This document shows, one piece after another, positions 10,651-20,014 of a stretch of DNA of 64,000 nt (positions within the stretch are counted from its first letter, which is position 1; the number at the start of each line of letters is the position of its first letter). The notes under the pieces were generated by a model, which ran no database searches, was not told where the DNA came from, and worked only from the letters and a program-made list of their open reading frames with translations. The DNA comes from Vicinamibacteria bacterium (GTDB taxonomy: Bacteria; Acidobacteriota; Vicinamibacteria; Marinacidobacterales; Marinacidobacteraceae). The stretch lies in NCBI GenBank assembly GCA_963555995.3, contig OY821641.1, positions 3,712,001-3,776,000 of the forward strand. Direction: 5' to 3'. A program made the translations under genes and the position numbers.

Positions 10651-11520
10651 ATGGCCGATGAACCGAAGGGAAGCCGCGGAAGTCTTCAGGGGATCGCCAT
10701 GGCGGTCGTCATCTGGGCCATCGTGGTGCTCTCGTCGCTCTACTACGTTCGCTACGGGGTGCCCGAACTGGCGTCTGATCGCGGCTATCTGGACAGCCTC
10801 TACTACGTGATCCTCGGGATCACCGGGGCCGCCTACATCCTGTACCAGCTCGCGCTCGGCTACGTCATCTACCGGTACCGCGGCGACCGGCCCGGCGCCG
10901 AGTCGAGCTACTGGCACGAGAGCCACAAGCTCGAGCTCACCTGGACGATCGGAACCGCGGCCATCATGATCCCGATCGTCTTCACCGGCCTGATCTACTG
11001 GGACCGGGTGAAGGGCCCGGCGCCGGAGGATGCGGTGACCGTGATGGCCGTCGGGGCGCAGTTCCAGTGGGACTTCCACTATCCGGGGGCGGATGGCGAG
11101 TTCGGCCGCTTCGACCCCACGCTCTACGCCATTGACAACCAGATCGGGCTCGACGAGACGGATCCGGCGGCGGCGGACGACTGGGTGCTCACCAACCAAC
11201 TGGTCATCCCGGTGAATCGTCCGACGCGCATCCTGATGCGGTCGAAGGACGTCCAGCACGCCATCTTCCTTCCCAACTTCCGCGTGAAGCAGGACCTGGT
11301 CCCGGGCATGACCACCGAGGTCTGGTTCACCCCGGTCAAGACCGGGAGCTACGAGGTGGCGTGCGCCGAGCTCTGCGGACTCGGTCACTACCGGATGCGC
11401 GCCTTCCTCGAGGTGATGGAAGAGGCCGACTACCGGCAGTGGCTGAGCGACAACGCGCCGGCCGCGGTGGCCGATGCGGCGGACCCGGCGCCGGAGGCCC
11501 CGTCCGCCTCGGCGGAATAG
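10651..11520 (+). CDS. coxB: Cytochrome c oxidase subunit II (CuA)
   Basis: DVQH and CAELCGLGHYRM CuA motif; two TM helices; AGGAG RBS. Confidence 0.95.
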   Translation: MADEPKGSRGSLQGIAMAVVIWAIVVLSSLYYVRYGVPELASDRGYLDSLYYVILGITGAAYILYQLALGYVIYRYRGDRPGAESSYWHESHKLELTWTIGTAAIMIPIVFTGLIYWDRVKGPAPEDAVTVMAVGAQFQWDFHYPGADGEFGRFDPTLYAIDNQIGLDETDPAAADDWVLTNQLVIPVNRPTRILMRSKDVQHAIFLPNFRVKQDLVPGMTTEVWFTPVKTGSYEVACAELCGLGHYRMRAFLEVMEEADYRQWLSDNAPAAVADAADPAPEAPSASAE

Positions 11521-11580
11521 GCGAAGCGGCGAGCAGGCGAACGAAGAAGCGGATCCCCCCAAGCACTACGGAGTAAAGCG

Positions 11581-13305
11581 ATGGAGCACGAAAAGCAAGG
11601 CTTCGTGAGCAAGTACATCTTCAGCTTCGATCACAAGATGATCGGCAAGCAGTACTTCACGCTCGCGATGAGCATGGGGTTCATCGGCGGGATCCTGGCG
11701 GTGCTGATCCGCCTCCAGCTCGGCTTCCCGTCGCAACCCTGGCCCTTCCTCGAGAACCTGTTTCCCGTCGGCATGGCCAGCGGGATCATGACCCCGGAGT
11801 TCTACGTCTCGCTGTTCACCATGCACGGGACGATCATGGTGTTCTTCCTGCTCTCGCTGCTCCCCGTCAGCGGTTTCGGGAACTTCCTGATTCCCCTCCA
11901 GATCGGGGCGCGGGACATGGCGTTCCCGTTCCTGAACATGCTGTCGTTCTGGACCGTGGTGCCCGGGGCGATCATCATCATCATCTCCTTCTTCGTGGAG
12001 GGCGGCGCCGCGGCCTCGGGCTGGACGGCCTACCCACCGCTCTCGGCGATCCGCAGCGCCATCCCAGGATCGGACGCCGGTCAGACCCTGTGGCTGGTCG
12101 GGATGATTTTCTTCGTGGCCTCGTTCACCATGGGCGGCCTCAACTTCGTGGTGACGATCCTGAACCTCAGGACGAAGGGGCTCCGGATGATGCGGATGCC
12201 GCTCACCACCTGGGCCCAGTTCGTGGTCGGCATCCTGGGCCTGCTGTCCTTCCCCGCGCTCGCCGCGGGCGCCCTGCTGCTGACCTTCGACCGTTCGCTC
12301 GGGACCAGCTTCTTCCTCCCGGCGGGCATCTTCATCGGCGACACGCTGATGCCCCACGAGGGCGGCACGCCGCTGCTCTGGCAGCACCTCTTCTGGTTCC
12401 TCGGCCACCCCGAGGTCTACATCATCATGCTGCCGGCCATGGGGTTCACCTCGGACATCCTGGCCACCTTCTGCCGCCGGCCCATCTTCGGCTACCGCTC
12501 GATGGTGTACGCCATCATGGCGATCGGCACCCTCAGCTTCCTCGTCTGGGGCCACCACATGTTCGTGAGCGGGATGAGCCCGTTCCTCGGCAGCCTCTTC
12601 GTGGTGACGACGCTCGCGATCGCCATCCCCTCGGCGGTGAAGGCGTTCAATTGGCTGTTCACGATCGCGCGAGCGAGGATTCAGTTCACGAGCGCCTCCC
12701 TGTTCGGGCTGGGCGTGGTGTCGCTGTTCGTGACCGGCGGCCTGACCGGCATCTTTCTGGGCACGAACGCCGTTGACATCCAGTTGCACGACACCTACTT
12801 CGTCGTCGGGCACTTTCACTTCATCATGGCGGGCGCCGGGCTCTTCGGCGCCTTCGGGGCGGTCTACTACTGGTATCCCAAGATGTTCGGGAGGATGTTG
12901 AGCGAGCGTCTCGGGAAGATCCACTTCTGGATCACGTTCGTCGCCTACTACGCGGTGTTCTTCCCGATGCACTACCTCGGCGTCTCGGGAATGATGCGCC
13001 GCATCTACGACCCGAACGTCTATGAGTACCTGCAGCCGCTCCAGCCGGTGAACCTCTTCATCACGATCTCCGCCTTCGTGCTGTTCGCCGGGCAGTTGAT
13101 CTTCATCTACAACTACTTCGCCAGCATGCGGACCGGCGCCCCGGCCACCGCCAACCCGTGGAACGCGGCCGGGCTCGAGTGGTCCACGCCGCCCCATCCC
13201 GGACACGGCAACTGGGAGGGCGAGATCCCGCCGGCCCACCGCTGGCCCTACGACTATTCCGAACCCGGCAAGAAGCGCGACTTCACGCCGCAGTGGGAGG
13301 CCTGA
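11581..13305 (+). CDS. coxA: Cytochrome c oxidase subunit I, type A1
   Basis: DHKMIG, TMHG, WFLGHPEVY, WGHHM, HDTYFVVGHFH. Confidence 0.97.
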   Translation: MEHEKQGFVSKYIFSFDHKMIGKQYFTLAMSMGFIGGILAVLIRLQLGFPSQPWPFLENLFPVGMASGIMTPEFYVSLFTMHGTIMVFFLLSLLPVSGFGNFLIPLQIGARDMAFPFLNMLSFWTVVPGAIIIIISFFVEGGAAASGWTAYPPLSAIRSAIPGSDAGQTLWLVGMIFFVASFTMGGLNFVVTILNLRTKGLRMMRMPLTTWAQFVVGILGLLSFPALAAGALLLTFDRSLGTSFFLPAGIFIGDTLMPHEGGTPLLWQHLFWFLGHPEVYIIMLPAMGFTSDILATFCRRPIFGYRSMVYAIMAIGTLSFLVWGHHMFVSGMSPFLGSLFVVTTLAIAIPSAVKAFNWLFTIARARIQFTSASLFGLGVVSLFVTGGLTGIFLGTNAVDIQLHDTYFVVGHFHFIMAGAGLFGAFGAVYYWYPKMFGRMLSERLGKIHFWITFVAYYAVFFPMHYLGVSGMMRRIYDPNVYEYLQPLQPVNLFITISAFVLFAGQLIFIYNYFASMRTGAPATANPWNAAGLEWSTPPHPGHGNWEGEIPPAHRWPYDYSEPGKKRDFTPQWEA

Positions 13306-13321
13306 TCCGGCTTCCCGGAGG

Positions 13322-13927
13322 ATGACCAAGGTGAGTTCCTGGACGGCCGGAGCCGCGGCGCCCATAGACGCGGCGCGGACCTCGTCCGACCGCCGCCACA
13401 TCAACCGGCTCGGTCTGCTCGTGGGCCTCGGCGGGATCACGATGCTGTTCGCGGCCTTCACCTCGGCCTACATCGTGCGGAGCGGGGGCGGGGACTGGGC
13501 GGCCCTCGAACTCCCTCCGGTCCTCTGGATGAGCACGGCGCTGATCGCCGCCAGCTCGCTCACGCTCGAGTTGGCCCGCCGGGCCTTCCAGCGCGGCAGC
13601 CTCCCGTCCTTCCGGTCGTGGAGCGCCGCGACCGCGGCGCTCGGGACCGGTTTCCTGGCCAGCCAGTACGCCGCCTGGCTGTCGCTGAACGCAGCCGGGA
13701 TCTACCTCCAGAGCCACCCGAAGAGTTCCTTCTTCTTCGTGTTGACCGGGGTCCACGCCGTCCACCTGCTCGCCGGTGTCGTGGCGCTGCTCGCGCTGTT
13801 CGGGCTGGCCGCCGCCGGCCGGCTCGTCCCCGGGCGTTCGGACGCGCCCACCCTGACCGCCATCTACTGGCATTTCGTAGGCGGCCTGTGGATCTATCTG
13901 CTGGCCGTACTGTCTCTTCTCGGCTGA
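13322..13927 (+). CDS. Cytochrome c oxidase subunit III-like protein (first copy)
   Basis: MLFAAFTSAY, LTGVHAVH, YWHFV. Confidence 0.88.
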   Translation: MTKVSSWTAGAAAPIDAARTSSDRRHINRLGLLVGLGGITMLFAAFTSAYIVRSGGGDWAALELPPVLWMSTALIAASSLTLELARRAFQRGSLPSFRSWSAATAALGTGFLASQYAAWLSLNAAGIYLQSHPKSSFFFVLTGVHAVHLLAGVVALLALFGLAAAGRLVPGRSDAPTLTAIYWHFVGGLWIYLLAVLSLLG

Positions 13928-13988
13928 TGTCCCCACTCGGATTTCCTGTTCGGAAACGTGACGTGAGCCGACAAGGAGAGGAGGACGC

Positions 13989-14594
13989 ATGAGCCAGACC
14001 GCGATTGCCCAGGCGGACTGGGGGGGCGGCGCCAGCCCCTTCGGTGTGACCTGGCAGAAGATGATGATGTGGTTCTTCATCGTCACCGATGCGCTGCTGT
14101 TCGCGGGCCTGCTGGTCAGCTACGGCGTGGTGCGGATTGCCACCGGCGACTGGCCGACGCAGAGCGAGGTCTTCAGCCTCACCTACATCGCGATCATGAC
14201 GTTCGTGCTGATCACCTCGTCGGCGACCATGGCGTGCGGGGTGAAGGCGGCCGAGCTCGGGCGCCCGGCGCGGGCCGCCCAGTTCGTCTGGCTCACCATC
14301 CTCGGCGGGTTCATCTTCCTCGGGATGCAGGCCTACGAGTGGTCCGTGTTCATCCACGAGGGCGGCGGCATCACCGGCAACCCGTGGGGCTCGCCCACCT
14401 TCAGCCAGTTCTTCTTCATCATCACCGGCTTCCACGGTTTCCACGTCCTCACCGGCGTGACCGTGCTGCTGGTGGTGGCGGTCCGCGCCGCCATGGGCCG
14501 CTATTCCCCCGCCGGCGTGGAGAACGCCGGCCTCTACTGGCACTTCGTGGACCTGGTCTGGGTCTTCGTCTTCGCCCTCTTCTACCTGGTCTAG
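13989..14594 (+). CDS. coxC: Cytochrome c oxidase subunit III (second copy)
   Basis: MMWFFIVTD, TGFHGFHV, GLYWHFVDLVW. Confidence 0.9.
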   Translation: MSQTAIAQADWGGGASPFGVTWQKMMMWFFIVTDALLFAGLLVSYGVVRIATGDWPTQSEVFSLTYIAIMTFVLITSSATMACGVKAAELGRPARAAQFVWLTILGGFIFLGMQAYEWSVFIHEGGGITGNPWGSPTFSQFFFIITGFHGFHVLTGVTVLLVVAVRAAMGRYSPAGVENAGLYWHFVDLVWVFVFALFYLV

Positions 14595-14604
14595 GAGAAG
14601 CCAA

Positions 14605-14922
14605 GTGTCCAGCGACGCCCATCCCTACCGCTTCTACTGGCTCCTCTGGGTCGTGCTCCTCGCCGTCACCCTCCTCATGATCGCCATCGAGGGAGCCAAC
14701 CTCCCCGCCGCCCTGGCGGTCCTCGTCCTGCTCTTCGGATCGGCGATCAAGGCGACCCTCATCATCTTCTACTACATGCACCTGAAGTTCGAGCACATGG
14801 GTCTGATCATGACGGTGCTGGTCGGCCTGTTCGTCACCGCCATCCTGATGTTCGTGCTCCCGGCCTACGACGGCGGCCACATTCTCGAATCGTGGCAAAG
14901 CCTCAAGGAGTACTCGGGCTGA
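14605..14922 (+). CDS. Cytochrome c oxidase subunit IV family protein
   Basis: Three TM helices, KATLIIFYYMHLKFE. Confidence 0.85.
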   Translation: MSSDAHPYRFYWLLWVVLLAVTLLMIAIEGANLPAALAVLVLLFGSAIKATLIIFYYMHLKFEHMGLIMTVLVGLFVTAILMFVLPAYDGGHILESWQSLKEYSG

Positions 14923-14927
14923 CCGCG

Positions 14928-15227
14928 ATGTCCCGTTCCGGTCTCCTCGTCCTGATCGCGGTGGCGCTGCTCGCGCTGTTGTCCTCCGACGCGGCCGCCC
15001 AATGCTCCATGTGCCGGACCGCGCTCGAGCAGAACGAGGAGGCGGCGGCCGGCTTCAACCGGGCCATCCTGTTCCTGCTGGTGATGCCCTACGCGGTCTT
15101 CGCCTCCGGCGCCGGCTACGTGCTGGTGACGCGCCGGAGACGCGCGCGGCAGTCCGCCGCCACGGCAGCTCCGGAAGTCCGCGCCGAACTGCTTCCCGCT
15201 GACGATCCGATCGGCGCCACGTCCTGA
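14928..15227 (+). CDS. Small membrane protein with QCxMC motif, possibly oxidase-associated
   Basis: Signal-like N-terminus, AQCSMCR, one TM helix; last gene of the cox run. Confidence 0.6.
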   Translation: MSRSGLLVLIAVALLALLSSDAAAQCSMCRTALEQNEEAAAGFNRAILFLLVMPYAVFASGAGYVLVTRRRRARQSAATAAPEVRAELLPADDPIGATS

Positions 15228-15237
15228 CCACGCCGAG

Positions 15238-15303
15238 TCACTCCTCGCCCGGGATCGCGTAGTAGCCGTTCCGGGTCCGGGTCGTCAGGTCCCGGCGCCC
15301 GCG
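15238..15303 (-). repeat. Diverged duplicate of the last 22 codons of the VWA gene
   Basis: Gap-free match to 15456-15521, 53/66 nt; RGRRDLTTRTRNGYYAIPGEE* versus RGRRDLLARTRNGYYAFPSEE*. Confidence 0.92.
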
Positions 15304-15305
15304 GC

Positions 15306-15355
15306 TTGGAACGCCGGTCTCCAGACCGGCACGCGCGGCGCTCCGCGCCGCGCAC
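15306..15355 (+). repeat. REP-like double-hairpin element
   Basis: TTGGAAC-GCCGGTCT-CC-AGACCGGC followed by GCGCGGCGC-TCC-GCGCCGCGC; recurs throughout the window. Confidence 0.9.
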
Positions 15356-15455
15356 AGCGCAGCCCCACCCACCCCAAGAGCTTGCATGGTTTGGCCCGGA
15401 TGCCCCCGGGCCGGCACCCGGCCCGCTCTCAAGCCCGGGTATCGCGGGCTTTCGG

Positions 15456-16505
15456 CTACTCCTCGCTCGGGAATGCGTAGTAGCCGTTCCGGGTTCTAGC
15501 CAGCAGGTCGCGGCGCCCCCGGACCGACACCTCGATCTCGCGCCACTCGCCCTCCCGCTCCGCCTCTCGCGGGACGTAGCCCAGCCGGTACTGGGCGTGC
15601 ATGTCCGCCTCGATCCGGGCGAAGCTGCCGATGAGATCGCCGGTCCGCTCCGGGAAGAGCGCCTGACCGCCGGTTTCTTCCGTGAGCCGGCGCAGGAACC
15701 GCTTGTTGACCCGGGCGCCGTTTCCTTCGAACCCGATGGCGTAGACGACGGCGTCCGTGAGCCGGGCGGCCTCGATGGCGTCCCCGGCGCCCATCTCGCT
15801 CCCGAAGCCCATGCTCCGCGAGTCGTCGCCGTCGGTGAAGATCAGGAGCGCCTTCCGGTCCCCGTCGGCGAAATGGAGCCGCTCGAGGGCCATGATCGAG
15901 GCGTCGTAGAGCGCGGTCGGCCCAAGCGGGTTGAGGGCCATGATGTTGGCAGTGAGCCGGAAGCGGTCGTCAGTGAACTCGCCCCCGAACCGGACCCGGT
16001 CGTTGAACTCGCCGATCATCGCGACGTCGCCCTCCCACAACCGGTCCACGAAGGTGGCGGCGGCTTCCTTCACGTAGTCGAGGCTCACCCTCATGCTCAG
16101 GGAGGCGTCGAGCAGCACCAGGATCGTGAGCGGGGCCGCCTCGGCCGCGAAGAAGCTGATCTGCTGGGGAACTCCGTCCTCGCGAACCACGAAATCGTCG
16201 GCGGTCAGACCGGAGACGAAGCGCCCGCGCTCGTCGCTGACCGCCACCCCCAGGTTGACCGCCTCCACCTGCACCTGGATGCGGAAGGGGTCCTGAGTCT
16301 GACGGACCGCCGCGGCCGCGAGAGTCCCCAGGATGGCCGCGGAGAGAGCCGCGGCCAGACCTGGCGCCGCGTTTCGGCGTATCCACCGGGACGTTCGCAA
16401 AGTTCCCCTCGACTCCGGGTATTTTGTCTCGCGGAAGGGGTCCGTGGTTGATGGACCCCGTGGGCCGTCTGTTTGGTCCGGATTCGAGATCAAGACAGGC
16501 TCCAA
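15456..16505 (-). CDS. VWA-domain protein of acidobacterial type (start uncertain)
   Basis: MIDAS DASLS, TALYDA, FTDGDD, ETGG, C-terminal RxGYY. Confidence 0.88.
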   Translation of the reverse strand: MEPVLISNPDQTDGPRGPSTTDPFRETKYPESRGTLRTSRWIRRNAAPGLAAALSAAILGTLAAAAVRQTQDPFRIQVQVEAVNLGVAVSDERGRFVSGLTADDFVVREDGVPQQISFFAAEAAPLTILVLLDASLSMRVSLDYVKEAAATFVDRLWEGDVAMIGEFNDRVRFGGEFTDDRFRLTANIMALNPLGPTALYDASIMALERLHFADGDRKALLIFTDGDDSRSMGFGSEMGAGDAIEAARLTDAVVYAIGFEGNGARVNKRFLRRLTEETGGQALFPERTGDLIGSFARIEADMHAQYRLGYVPREAEREGEWREIEVSVRGRRDLLARTRNGYYAFPSEE

Positions 16506-16660
16506 GACCCGCGGGCTGCTACAATTCCCGGCTCGAATCGGGGCGAAACCGCCCCACCGAGTCGGTTTCCCGGCTGTCAGTTGCGGCCCGAGTCTGTCAG
16601 GCCCACCGGTTGCGGACCGCGGTTCATTCCCCTGCCCACGGAACGGAGGTTCCCCGCAAG

Positions 16661-17449
16661 ATGCTTCAAAGAGCCCCTCGCACGCTCATTCTGCTCGCGA
16701 TTCCCCTTGCCGCCGCCCTGATGGTCGGCTGCGGCGGTGGCGGCGAATCGGACACCGCGATGGAGGCCGTTCCGGCCGCCTCCATGACCACCGTGGACCC
16801 GGCGACCGCCGGGACCATCAACGGCAAGATCATGCTGGACGGCGAGGCCCCGCCGGCCGACACCATCCAGATGGCCGCGGACCCGAACTGCGCCCGCATG
16901 CACGACAGCCCGGTGATGACCGAGTTCGTGATCACCGACATGGAGGGCGGCCTCCAGAACGCCTTCGTGTACATCAAGGGCGGCCTCGAAGGCATGAGTT
17001 TCCCCACCCCGACCGAGCCGGTCACCCTGAACCAGGAGGGCTGCGTCTATGTGCCGCACGTGCTGGGCCTACAGGTCGGACAGGAACTGAACATCCTGAA
17101 CAGCGACGCGACGCTCCACAACATCCACGCCACCCCGACGGCGAACCAGGAGTTCAACATCGGCCAGCCGGTGGCCAACATGAGCACCACCCGGACCTTC
17201 GACACCGTCGAGATCATGGTCCCCTTCAAGTGCGACGTGCACCGCTGGATGAACAGCTACGCGGGCGTCCTCGACCATCCCTACTTCGCGGTCAGCGGCG
17301 CGGACGGCGCCTTCAGCATCGGGAACGTGCCTCCGGGCGACTACACGGTCGGCGTCTGGCACGAGCGCCTCGGTGAGATGGAGATGGCGGTGACGGTCGG
17401 CGAGTCGGCCACCGCGGACGCCAGCTTCACCTACAGCGCCGCCGAGTAG
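16661..17449 (+). CDS. Lipoprotein with cupredoxin-like and carboxypeptidase-regulatory-like domains
   Basis: Lipobox MVGC; HNIH and KCDVHRWM; GGAGG RBS. Confidence 0.75.
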   Translation: MLQRAPRTLILLAIPLAAALMVGCGGGGESDTAMEAVPAASMTTVDPATAGTINGKIMLDGEAPPADTIQMAADPNCARMHDSPVMTEFVITDMEGGLQNAFVYIKGGLEGMSFPTPTEPVTLNQEGCVYVPHVLGLQVGQELNILNSDATLHNIHATPTANQEFNIGQPVANMSTTRTFDTVEIMVPFKCDVHRWMNSYAGVLDHPYFAVSGADGAFSIGNVPPGDYTVGVWHERLGEMEMAVTVGESATADASFTYSAAE

Positions 17450-17491
17450 GACAACCATTCGCATCGTGGCGGGCGACACCCGCCGGGATGC

Positions 17492-17522
17492 GGGAATCAC
17501 CGCCCTCGGGGCGGTGATTCCC
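17492..17522. terminator. Perfect 14-bp stem-loop between convergent genes
   Basis: GGGAATCACCGCCC-TCG-GGGCGGTGATTCCC; no U-tract. Confidence 0.6.
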
Positions 17523-17524
17523 CC

Positions 17525-18823
17525 TCAGTGGTGGGGGTGGGATTCCTCTCCCTCCGGATGCGGCCGGGATCCCTCGGGGGCGCCTTCGGGCCAGGGCCGC
17601 TTGCGCAGGGCCTTGGCCCAGCCTTCGGCCACCTTGTCCCCACCGAGCTGCCGGACCCGGTTGTAGTCGAAGAGCGCTGGCTGGCGCTGACCCAGGCCGT
17701 CGCGGGCATTGCCGCGGCGGAAGTGCAGCATCACCCGGACGTCGGGAGGCGGGGAGGACTGGAGACCGCGTGAGAACGCGGTCTCCGCCGCCTCCCAGTT
17801 CTCTTCGAACAGCCAGGTCTCGCCCAGCCGGAGTTCGGCGAGACCGCCCGGGGACAGGTGGAAGTTCCCGAAACCGGCATCCCGCCGTTCGATGAAGGCG
17901 AGCACCTCCTCGCGCGCCTCGGCGGTTTCGCCATGATGCAGGTGAATTCCAACTTCTTCGAGGGCGAAGTCCGGGTTCCTGGGGAAGTTCTCGCGAAGCC
18001 GCCTGACGGCGTCGAGGGCTTCGTCCAGCCGATCCTCGCGCTGCATGAAGAGCGCGAGCGACCAGAGCGCGCCCCAGCGGGAGCGCTCGCCTTCGTTTGC
18101 GGTCCGGGCCACCCACTCCAGTCCCCGCTCCTTGTCGCCCCGCATGCCGAACAGCCTCGCGAGAAAACGGAGCGCCCGGGGCAGCGTCGCGATCCCGTAT
18201 TCATAGACCCCCGGCACCTGATAGGCATCGTCGTACTCGGGATCGATTTCCAGGACCCTGCGGTGGTGCTTGACCGCCCGCCGCATGGCCCCGGTTCCGC
18301 CCCAGTAGGACCGGAGGATCGTCATGTCCCAGGCAGCCTTGAGGGCTTCGCTGGCCCCCAGGTAGTAAAGGGCCAGCGGGTCGTCGGGATCGCGCGCGAG
18401 GACTCGCTCGCAGCGAGCCACCGATTCGGCGTACGAGCGGTCGAAGAGTTCCCGTTCTTCGGGGCTCAGCTCCGGCTTCGCGGTCTGGTCCCAGAATCGG
18501 TCCCCCCGGTGCGACGATCCGCGCATGGCCCCGATCGGCTGGGCGAAGCGCATGTACAGGGTGCTGGCGCGCCCGTAGGGTCCGGCGGCGAAGTCGGAAA
18601 ACTGTTGGTCGAGGCGCTGGAACACCTGATCGGCTTCCTCGTAGTCGTAGTTGAAGACGTGCTGGTACCCCTCTGCCTCAAGGGGCAGCGCTTCGGAACC
18701 GTCGAACCGCGCGGTTCCCTCGACGAGGTCCCGCGGCTGTCCGTGGACGAGGCCGGCCGCGAACAGAACAAGCGCGGCCAGGAAGCCGACTCGGGCGGTT
18801 GCGGTTGGCGAAGACTCCATCAT
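17525..18823 (-). CDS. Secreted TPR-repeat protein
   Basis: Signal peptide; TPR-like helices (ALYYLG, VLEIDPEYDDA). Confidence 0.75.
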   Translation of the reverse strand: MMESSPTATARVGFLAALVLFAAGLVHGQPRDLVEGTARFDGSEALPLEAEGYQHVFNYDYEEADQVFQRLDQQFSDFAAGPYGRASTLYMRFAQPIGAMRGSSHRGDRFWDQTAKPELSPEERELFDRSYAESVARCERVLARDPDDPLALYYLGASEALKAAWDMTILRSYWGGTGAMRRAVKHHRRVLEIDPEYDDAYQVPGVYEYGIATLPRALRFLARLFGMRGDKERGLEWVARTANEGERSRWGALWSLALFMQREDRLDEALDAVRRLRENFPRNPDFALEEVGIHLHHGETAEAREEVLAFIERRDAGFGNFHLSPGGLAELRLGETWLFEENWEAAETAFSRGLQSSPPPDVRVMLHFRRGNARDGLGQRQPALFDYNRVRQLGGDKVAEGWAKALRKRPWPEGAPEGSRPHPEGEESHPHH

Positions 18824-18866
18824 GCCGCGTATTTTTCCACGCTGGCCCACTTACACTGCCGGTCTG

Positions 18867-19439
18867 ATGCCCGACCCGTCCAGCGCCGTTTCCGCCCAAC
18901 TGATCGCCCGCAGCGTCCCGTTCTCCGGGCGGCTGCTGCGCGTGGAACTCGATCGGGCGAAGGAGCCCACGGGACCGGACGCATACGGTCCGGAGGTCCG
19001 CCGGGAGGTGGTCCGGCACCCCGGCGCGGTGGCGGTCGTCGCCGTGACCCCGGAACACAAGCTGGTGCTGGTGCGGCAATACCGCTATGCCGCCGGCAGG
19101 TTCCTGCTGGAGATTCCCGCCGGAACGCTGGAACCCGGCGAGACTCCCGAAGAGACGGCCCGCCGCGAGCTGCGCGAGGAAACGGGCTACACCGCGGAGC
19201 GCCTGCGCCCGCTCGGGTCGTTCTTCAGCGCGCCGGGTTTCTGCGACGAGGTGATTCACCTGTTCCGGGCGGAGGGCCTCACCCCCGGCGAACAGGACAC
19301 GGATTTCGGAGAGGACATCGCCCTGGTCGAGATCCCCGTCGAAGAGGGGCGTCGCCGGCTGGCGGCGGGCGATTTCGAGGACGCGAAGACGCTCGCCGGG
19401 CTCGGGCTCTTCTTCCTGGAGGAACGCGGCCCCTCCTGA
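18867..19439 (+). CDS. NUDIX hydrolase (ADP-ribose pyrophosphatase-like)
   Basis: Nudix box GTLEPGETPEETARRELREETG; RQYRY; DAKT. Confidence 0.92.
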   Translation: MPDPSSAVSAQLIARSVPFSGRLLRVELDRAKEPTGPDAYGPEVRREVVRHPGAVAVVAVTPEHKLVLVRQYRYAAGRFLLEIPAGTLEPGETPEETARRELREETGYTAERLRPLGSFFSAPGFCDEVIHLFRAEGLTPGEQDTDFGEDIALVEIPVEEGRRRLAAGDFEDAKTLAGLGLFFLEERGPS

Positions 19440-19453
19440 GGCTGCCGACTCCG

Positions 19454-19984
19454 ATGGGATTCCACGGCGACACCGCGAAGCGGCCAGCCTGGCGGGGCAT
19501 CGCGCCCTTCCTGGTGGTGGCGGCACTCGCCGGCGCCTGCGCCGAGAAGCCGGATGCCCCCACGCCGGACGCCCCAGCGCCTCCCTTTGAGCTGCTGGAC
19601 CTCGACGGGCGCACCCACCACCTCTCGGACTTCGCGGGTCAGGTGGTGGTGCTCAACTTCTGGGCCACCTGGTGCCCGCCGTGCGTGGAGGAGATGCCGT
19701 CGCTCCAACGCCTTCAGGACCTCCTGGGAGACGACGGTCTCGAGGTGGTCGCGGTGTCCGTGGACGAGCGGTACTCCGACATCCCGCCGTTCGTCGCCGA
19801 ACACGGCCTGCGCTTCCTGGTTCTCCACGACCTCGGGAAACGGGTCTCCCGGCGCTATGAGGTGTTCCAGTTTCCGGAGACCTGGATCATCCGCCGCGAC
19901 GGGACGCTCGCCTCCCACATCATCGGCGCCCGCGACTGGGCCGCTCCCGGCTCGCTCGAGATTTTCCGGGACCTTCTCGAGTAG
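19454..19984 (+). CDS. TlpA/ResA-family thiol-disulfide oxidoreductase lipoprotein
   Basis: LNFWATWCPPCVEEMP; lipobox AGAC. Confidence 0.92.
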   Translation: MGFHGDTAKRPAWRGIAPFLVVAALAGACAEKPDAPTPDAPAPPFELLDLDGRTHHLSDFAGQVVVLNFWATWCPPCVEEMPSLQRLQDLLGDDGLEVVAVSVDERYSDIPPFVAEHGLRFLVLHDLGKRVSRRYEVFQFPETWIIRRDGTLASHIIGARDWAAPGSLEIFRDLLE

Positions 19985-20014
19985 GCGCTAGAATCCGCCG
20001 CTCGACCGGAGGGG

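Noticed and set aside
15238-15521. Diversity-generating retroelement TR/VR pair
   Set aside because: Mismatches are not confined to adenines in either copy (G/C and T/C changes occur), and no reverse transcriptase is encoded in the window.
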